From positions 1-40,763 of the forward strand of contig CAYNLX010000001.1 in NCBI GenBank assembly GCA_964398265.1: a DNA stretch of 40,763 bases, written 5' to 3'. Positions within the stretch are counted from its first letter, which is position 1, and every line of letters begins with the position of its first letter. The position numbers were made by a program, and so were the translations under genes. Below are positions 37,042 to 40,763 of this stretch, piece after piece. The stretch is from an uncultured Muribaculaceae bacterium. GTDB lineage: Bacteria; Bacillota_I; Bacilli_A; RF39; UBA660. The notes under the pieces were generated by a model, which did not search any database, had not been told where the DNA came from, and worked only from the letters and a program-made list of their open reading frames with translations.

Positions 37042-37161
37042 ATGAAAACATATAAAGCTAATTTACCTGAAGGTGTTAAAAAATGTTTTTCTACAAAAAG
37101 AGGGGTTAAAGTAAGATTAGTAAATAAAAATTGTAAAAAAGCAAAAAGCAAAATAAAATAA
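37042..37161 (+). CDS. small, highly basic hypothetical protein (39 aa), below the ORF-track length cutoff
   Basis: My own translation is MKTYKANLPEGVKKCFSTKRGVKVRLVNKNCKKAKSKIK. GGAGG lies 5 nt upstream of the ATG, with TGCTATAAT further upstream and a hairpin terminator starting at the stop codon. It has 14 Lys/Arg against 1 acidic residue, plus 2 Cys. Confidence 0.45.
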   Translation: MKTYKANLPEGVKKCFSTKRGVKVRLVNKNCKKAKSKIK

Positions 37162-37188
37162 GATATTAGTTCATAAATATCTTTTTTT
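37160..37188. terminator. bidirectional terminator shared by the small ORF and the FemAB-family gene
   Basis: aagatatt-agttcata-aatatctt is an 8-bp stem followed by TTTTT on the plus strand. The minus-strand RNA has AUUUUAUUUU after the stem. Confidence 0.55.
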
Positions 37189-38380
37189 ATTTAAAAATAT
37201 AATATATTTTTTTTAACAATGGTAATAAATAATAAATAACTTTTTTATTTACTAAATCAAAATCTCCCATATATTCAATACATTTTCCCCCAAAATTTTT
37301 TTTATATTCAAATATTCCTGCTAAATTTTTATATTTAGTAAGGGGATCGCCACAAACTCCAAACAAATCAATTGAATTACATCCACATTCTTTACAATAT
37401 TTAATCTTTTCATAATATGTATATGGATTAGTGTACACATCATTATATTCATTACTATTTCCCGCATATAACGCAGTAGCTTTATTTCCATAAATAACGA
37501 CAATATGCGCACATGCAACAATTCTTTCTTCTTTAATAGCTTCATACTTTATTAACATCTTTTTTATTCTCTCAATTGAAGCAGGACTGTCCTTAGATTT
37601 TTCTAAATCAGTATATAAAGCTTCTATAATTTTTTGGGGATAAATATAACATAAAAATATTTTTACATTATTATTTTTAGAAAATGTTTTATAAAAGTTA
37701 TAATAATAATCATATGAATATTGTTTAAAATTATCTTTTTCTGCCGTCTTAGATATTAACTGATAAAAAGTTTTTATATCTTTAATATTTCCAATTTTAA
37801 CTTCCAGTCCATATTTGTTCGCAGAAACAATATTCTTTTTATTAGATTTGTTAAAATTATTATATATTTGTTCCATATCATTTTTTAAGTCTATTATAAA
37901 AGTAAATCTAGGCTGATTACTTTCATATAATAAATTAAATCCTTTATGCTTATATCCTAAAGACAAAAAACAATTAAAAATATTATAATTATTATGCCCA
38001 TTAAGAACTTTTTTTGCATTTTCATCTACTTCTTGATAAGAAATATATGGATCTATCCTTAAATAAATGCTTTTTTTCTTTTTAATGTACTTTTTTATAG
38101 AATCAGTAAATTTTTTTATTAATTCTAAATCGTTGTAATCAACAATAAATCCCCTCGGAGCATACATATAAGAAAATCCAAAGATTAATTTTTTTTCTAA
38201 AATAAGTGTTTCACAAAGTATATTATTATTATCATCTATCAAGCCAACATAATGCGGAATCATTTTTTTGTTTTTTAAACAAGCTTGTCCCCATTCAAAG
38301 CTTTGTAAAAAATTACTGTTATCATTTTTTAAAAAGAACTTTGTGTATTTATCTTCTTCTATATCTTCAACAAATCTCAT
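37187..38380 (-). CDS. FemAB-family peptidoglycan interpeptide-bridge aminoacyltransferase
   Basis: The N-terminus FLQSFEWGQ and the two GNAT-like halves are typical of FemX/FemAB/MurM, ending in FEYKKNFGG. The length is 397 aa. SD AGGAG is upstream. Confidence 0.8.
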   Translation of the reverse strand: MRFVEDIEEDKYTKFFLKNDNSNFLQSFEWGQACLKNKKMIPHYVGLIDDNNNILCETLILEKKLIFGFSYMYAPRGFIVDYNDLELIKKFTDSIKKYIKKKKSIYLRIDPYISYQEVDENAKKVLNGHNNYNIFNCFLSLGYKHKGFNLLYESNQPRFTFIIDLKNDMEQIYNNFNKSNKKNIVSANKYGLEVKIGNIKDIKTFYQLISKTAEKDNFKQYSYDYYYNFYKTFSKNNNVKIFLCYIYPQKIIEALYTDLEKSKDSPASIERIKKMLIKYEAIKEERIVACAHIVVIYGNKATALYAGNSNEYNDVYTNPYTYYEKIKYCKECGCNSIDLFGVCGDPLTKYKNLAGIFEYKKNFGGKCIEYMGDFDLVNKKVIYYLLPLLKKIYYIFK

Positions 38381-38408
38381 TACTTTTCTCCTATCTTACT
38401 TTAATATT

Positions 38409-38437
38409 ATTATACATCATTTTCTTAAGTCTAACAA
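38409..38437 (-). promoter_or_regulatory. candidate sigma-A promoter of the FemAB-family gene (TTGTTA-17-TATAAT)
   Basis: Minus strand: TTGTTA (38432-38437), 17-nt spacer, TATAAT (38409-38414) preceded by TG. It lies in the 76-nt gap after the kinase gene. Confidence 0.45.
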
Positions 38438-38456
38438 TTCTAAAATACTAGTAATA

Positions 38457-39686
38457 TTATTTTTGATTAAAGCTTATTTTAAATGTAGTATATCCAGAAT
38501 AAGATGAAGCAGTAATAGTTCCATTAAAATTTTCCACTATATTCTTTGCAATAGCAAGTCCTAGACCATATTTATTACTGTTTCTATTTCTTGATTCATC
38601 GCCTCTATAAAATCTTTCAAAAATGTTTTTTTCTTCACCTTTTTTAATAGGTAATCCTTTATTTTTTATTTGTAATATTATTCCTTTATTTATTTTTTCT
38701 AAACTAACAATAATTTTTCCATTATTAAATGAATAACTAATGGCATTATCAACAAGTATATGAATTAACTGTTCAAATTGTTCTTTATCGCATAATAAAG
38801 TAATATTTTCATTTATATGATACTTTAATTTTATATTTTTTTCAAAAATAATTGCCTCAAAACTTAGAACTGATTTTTCTAATAAACTAGATATATTTTC
38901 CATTTTATAGGAATTAGAAATATCTTTTTCCGTTTTAGCAAGATTTAATAAATTAGTTACTAAATTTGTCATTCTTTCAGCTTCATTATTAATATTATTT
39001 ACCCATTTTGTATCTTTATCTAAATAGAATGCTTCCGTACTAGCTAAAATAATAGATAAAGGAGTTTTTAATTCATGGGAAGCATCTACTATAAAATCTT
39101 TTTGCTTTTGAAAACTTTCATTAACAGGTTTTATAATCCACTTTGTTAATAAATGTGAAACATATGCTATAATTATTTCTAAAAAAACTATTAATAGTAT
39201 AGAAAGAATTAAAATATTAGTTATATCTTTTTTTATATTTATTGTTTCTATAATTGTAAGTGTATTATCATCATTAAAACTATAAGAATAATTATTTAGA
39301 TATAAATTTCCAATAAATAATCCAGATTTATGGGTACTTATGATATTTTGAAATATTTTTTTTATTTCTGTTTCATCCACTTCATTTTCTGTATGATTGA
39401 TAATTTTAATATAATTATTATTATCGTCCATTAATATAGTATATACTTTAAAATCTAAAAAAACTTTGTTTTCTTGATTATTGCTTTCTGGCTTTGGGCC
39501 ATCAAAATTAGGTTCATTATAGTTTTCTTCTTTTTTTATACTAATTGGTACTCTTCTCAATGCGCTAGTAATTGATTTTTTCTGTCTATCATAGTTTTTA
39601 TAATTATATATTAATACTGTTCCTATTAAAAAAAACGAAAGGATAATTACTATAGTTAAAAAAACCTTTGTTTTTAACTTTTTCAC
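38457..39686 (-). CDS. sensor histidine kinase (two TM spans, ~130-aa extracytoplasmic loop)
   Basis: The H-box is DASHELKTPLSII, the N-box LVDNAISYS and the G2 box GLGLAIAKNIV. It starts at GTG, with GGAGG 7 nt upstream and a GTGA overlap with the regulator stop. Confidence 0.88.
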   Translation of the reverse strand: MKKLKTKVFLTIVIILSFFLIGTVLIYNYKNYDRQKKSITSALRRVPISIKKEENYNEPNFDGPKPESNNQENKVFLDFKVYTILMDDNNNYIKIINHTENEVDETEIKKIFQNIISTHKSGLFIGNLYLNNYSYSFNDDNTLTIIETINIKKDITNILILSILLIVFLEIIIAYVSHLLTKWIIKPVNESFQKQKDFIVDASHELKTPLSIILASTEAFYLDKDTKWVNNINNEAERMTNLVTNLLNLAKTEKDISNSYKMENISSLLEKSVLSFEAIIFEKNIKLKYHINENITLLCDKEQFEQLIHILVDNAISYSFNNGKIIVSLEKINKGIILQIKNKGLPIKKGEEKNIFERFYRGDESRNRNSNKYGLGLAIAKNIVENFNGTITASSYSGYTTFKISFNQK

Positions 39687-40366
39687 TCTTTTACCTCCAA
39701 TTTATACCCCATATTTCTTATTGCTTTTATAACCACATTTGATCCAATAATCTTTATTTTCTTTCTTATAAAAGAAATATATGCTTCAAGGTTATTTATT
39801 TCACATTCACTATCATATCCCCAAATTTTTAAGAATATTTGTTCTTTAGATAAAATAATATTTGGCTGTTTTAAAAACATTTCTAATATTTGAAATTCTT
39901 TTCTCACAATATTAATAGTCTCTTCATTATTAGAACATATTAATTCTAATTTTTTTATATCAAGTTTCAAATCACCAAATACTATCAAATCATTATTATA
40001 AATAAGTTCTTGTTTTTTTAATTGTAAATTTACTCTTGCTAGAAGTTCCTCCATATGGAATGGTTTAGTTAAATAATCATCAGCGCCATTATCAAAGCCT
40101 TCCATTTTATCATCTAAAGAAGTTCTTGCAGTAAGCATAATTACTTTAACATTAAGTTTTTTATTTCTAATCTCTCTTAATATTTGAAAGCCATTCATAA
40201 TCGGAAGCATAACATCAAGTATAATTAGATCATAAACTCCGGACAAAGCATTATTAAGTCCTTCTTCTCCGTCCAAATTAATATCAACAATATATTTTTC
40301 ATTTTCTAACATACTTGATATTGCATCAGCTAGATTATATTCATCTTCTATTATCAATACCTTCAT
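39683..40366 (-). CDS. OmpR-family response regulator
   Basis: MKVLIIEDE, the phospho-Asp in LIILDVMLP, KPF, and a winged-helix C-terminus ending RNMGYKLE. I start it at ATG 40366, with GGTGA 4 nt upstream. The tracked 40396 start would lie inside the promoter. Confidence 0.92.
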   Translation of the reverse strand: MKVLIIEDEYNLADAISSMLENEKYIVDINLDGEEGLNNALSGVYDLIILDVMLPIMNGFQILREIRNKKLNVKVIMLTARTSLDDKMEGFDNGADDYLTKPFHMEELLARVNLQLKKQELIYNNDLIVFGDLKLDIKKLELICSNNEETINIVRKEFQILEMFLKQPNIILSKEQIFLKIWGYDSECEINNLEAYISFIRKKIKIIGSNVVIKAIRNMGYKLEVKE

Positions 40367-40387
40367 AAAATCACCACTTAACTTTAT

Positions 40388-40393
40388 ATTATA
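40388..40393 (-). promoter_or_regulatory. candidate -10 (TATAAT) of the two-component operon
   Basis: TATAAT is on the minus strand, 21 nt upstream of ATG 40366. The -35 position (AGTTTT) is non-consensus and falls inside the direct repeat listed next. Confidence 0.4.
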
Positions 40394-40399
40394 CATTTA

Positions 40400-40419
40400 A
40401 AAACTTAATTAAAACTTAA
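40400..40419 (-). repeat. perfect direct repeat TTAAGTTTT-AA-TTAAGTTTT (11-bp phasing), candidate response-regulator binding site
   Basis: The plus strand has aaaacttaa at 40400-40408 and again at 40411-40419. On the minus strand, one copy (plus-strand 40411-40419) covers the -35 position of the 40388-40393 box, and the other (40400-40408) lies in the spacer. Confidence 0.5.
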
Positions 40420-40452
40420 AAACTATTTTCTGTTAAAGAAAACATACTATTA

Positions 40453-40763
40453 TTATTTCTTGTTTGATAAATATTCTGCTAGTTTTAAATATGCTTCATT
40501 GCTCCAATATTTAAACCTATTTTCATCGTCAAAACATCCTAAAGTTTTTGTTTCACCATCTGGAATAAATATAAAATCCCAACTCCAACCATATTTGCCT
40601 TGTTTTTCCTTAGCAATGGTTTCATTTGTAATTGCTACAAAAGTAATTGGATCCTTTCCATATTCACAATATGCTAATGATTCAACAAAATGTGCTTTTC
40701 TATTTTTTTCTCCATCCAACAATTTTAATATTCCATCTTCTCCTAAAGTTTCATCAACATAAT
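40453..40763 (-). CDS. HAM1/ITPase-like non-canonical NTP pyrophosphatase, divergent, N-terminus outside the window
   Basis: The frame stays open to the window edge (..YVDETLGEDGILKLLDGEKNRKAHFVESLAY..). The tracked Met is a TTG. The C-terminal pattern RKAHFV..GKYGWSWDFIFIPDGETKT..YWSNEAYLKL lines up with RxARFV..GxxGFGYDPIF..T.AE..SHRxxA of RdgB/ITPA, but with key residues changed. Confidence 0.45.
   Translation of the reverse strand, partial: YVDETLGEDGILKLLDGEKNRKAHFVESLAYCEYGKDPITFVAITNETIAKEKQGKYGWSWDFIFIPDGETKTLGCFDDENRFKYWSNEAYLKLAEYLSNKK

Noticed and set aside
36948-37151. A 67-aa minus-strand ORF opposite the small basic ORF.
   Set aside because: It starts at a TTG with no SD, overlaps the end of gerXB and runs antisense through a better-supported plus-strand cassette (promoter, GGAGG, ATG, terminator). 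Its product is hydrophobic and low-complexity.
38206-38507. Two plus-strand ORFs (81 and 79 aa) spanning the 5' end of the FemAB-family gene and the intergenic gap.
   Set aside because: They are antisense to the FemAB-family N-terminus and promoter, mutually overlapping in different frames, and lack an SD.
1-40763. A whole-window look for CRISPR arrays, long tandem or interspersed nucleotide repeats, IS elements, integrases, phage or restriction, toxin-antitoxin or other defence-type genes.
   Set aside because: I found none by eye. Every ORF above about 140 aa is accounted for by a housekeeping, sporulation or envelope function, or by one of the orphans listed in the findings. A computational repeat search would be needed to exclude short dispersed repeats.

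Overview
This is a very AT-rich, densely packed chromosomal segment (about one quarter G+C by eye, not computed). It comes from an endospore-forming Bacillota (Firmicutes)-type genome using the standard code: TGA is a working stop for rplI and the response regulator, and Trp is TGG. I call 35 CDS, two of them edge-truncated. I see no rRNA or tRNA, no CRISPR, and no transposase, integrase, phage or recognisable defence genes. The content is mainly core. It starts with a rearranged lower-glycolysis cluster (TGS/uridine-kinase-like gene, gap | antiparallel orphan | pgk, spo0A, gpmI), followed by a 2,253-aa surface protein. Then come clpP, whiA, ftsE-ftsX-coiled-coil M23 hydrolase, gerQ, lemA, and a tight rplI-dnaB-M23(LysM/G5)-walJ-like-rlmH-ung operon. 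The rest holds a YfcC-like permease, lysS with an orphan upstream gene, a heterodimeric ABC exporter with one degenerate ATP site, and a gerXA-XC-XB germinant-receptor operon. It ends with a FemAB-family transferase downstream of an OmpR/HK two-component pair and a truncated HAM1/ITPase-like gene. I do not see a clear multi-gene novel system. The items most worth follow-up are: (i) spo0A sitting in the tpiA slot of the glycolytic cluster, with cggR, tpiA and eno absent from the window; (ii) the giant N-terminally anchored protein with Ig-like repeats, a Tyr/Asn-rich middle and a GLUG-type beta-helix; (iii) an untracked 39-codon, very basic ORF with its own extended -10 promoter, strong SD and terminator; (iv) three orphan proteins (398-aa tail-anchored, 280-aa, zinc-ribbon membrane protein); (v) a perfect 9-bp direct repeat with 11-bp phasing at the two-component promoter. 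All functional calls come from my reading of motifs in the translations. No database search or folding calculation was run.
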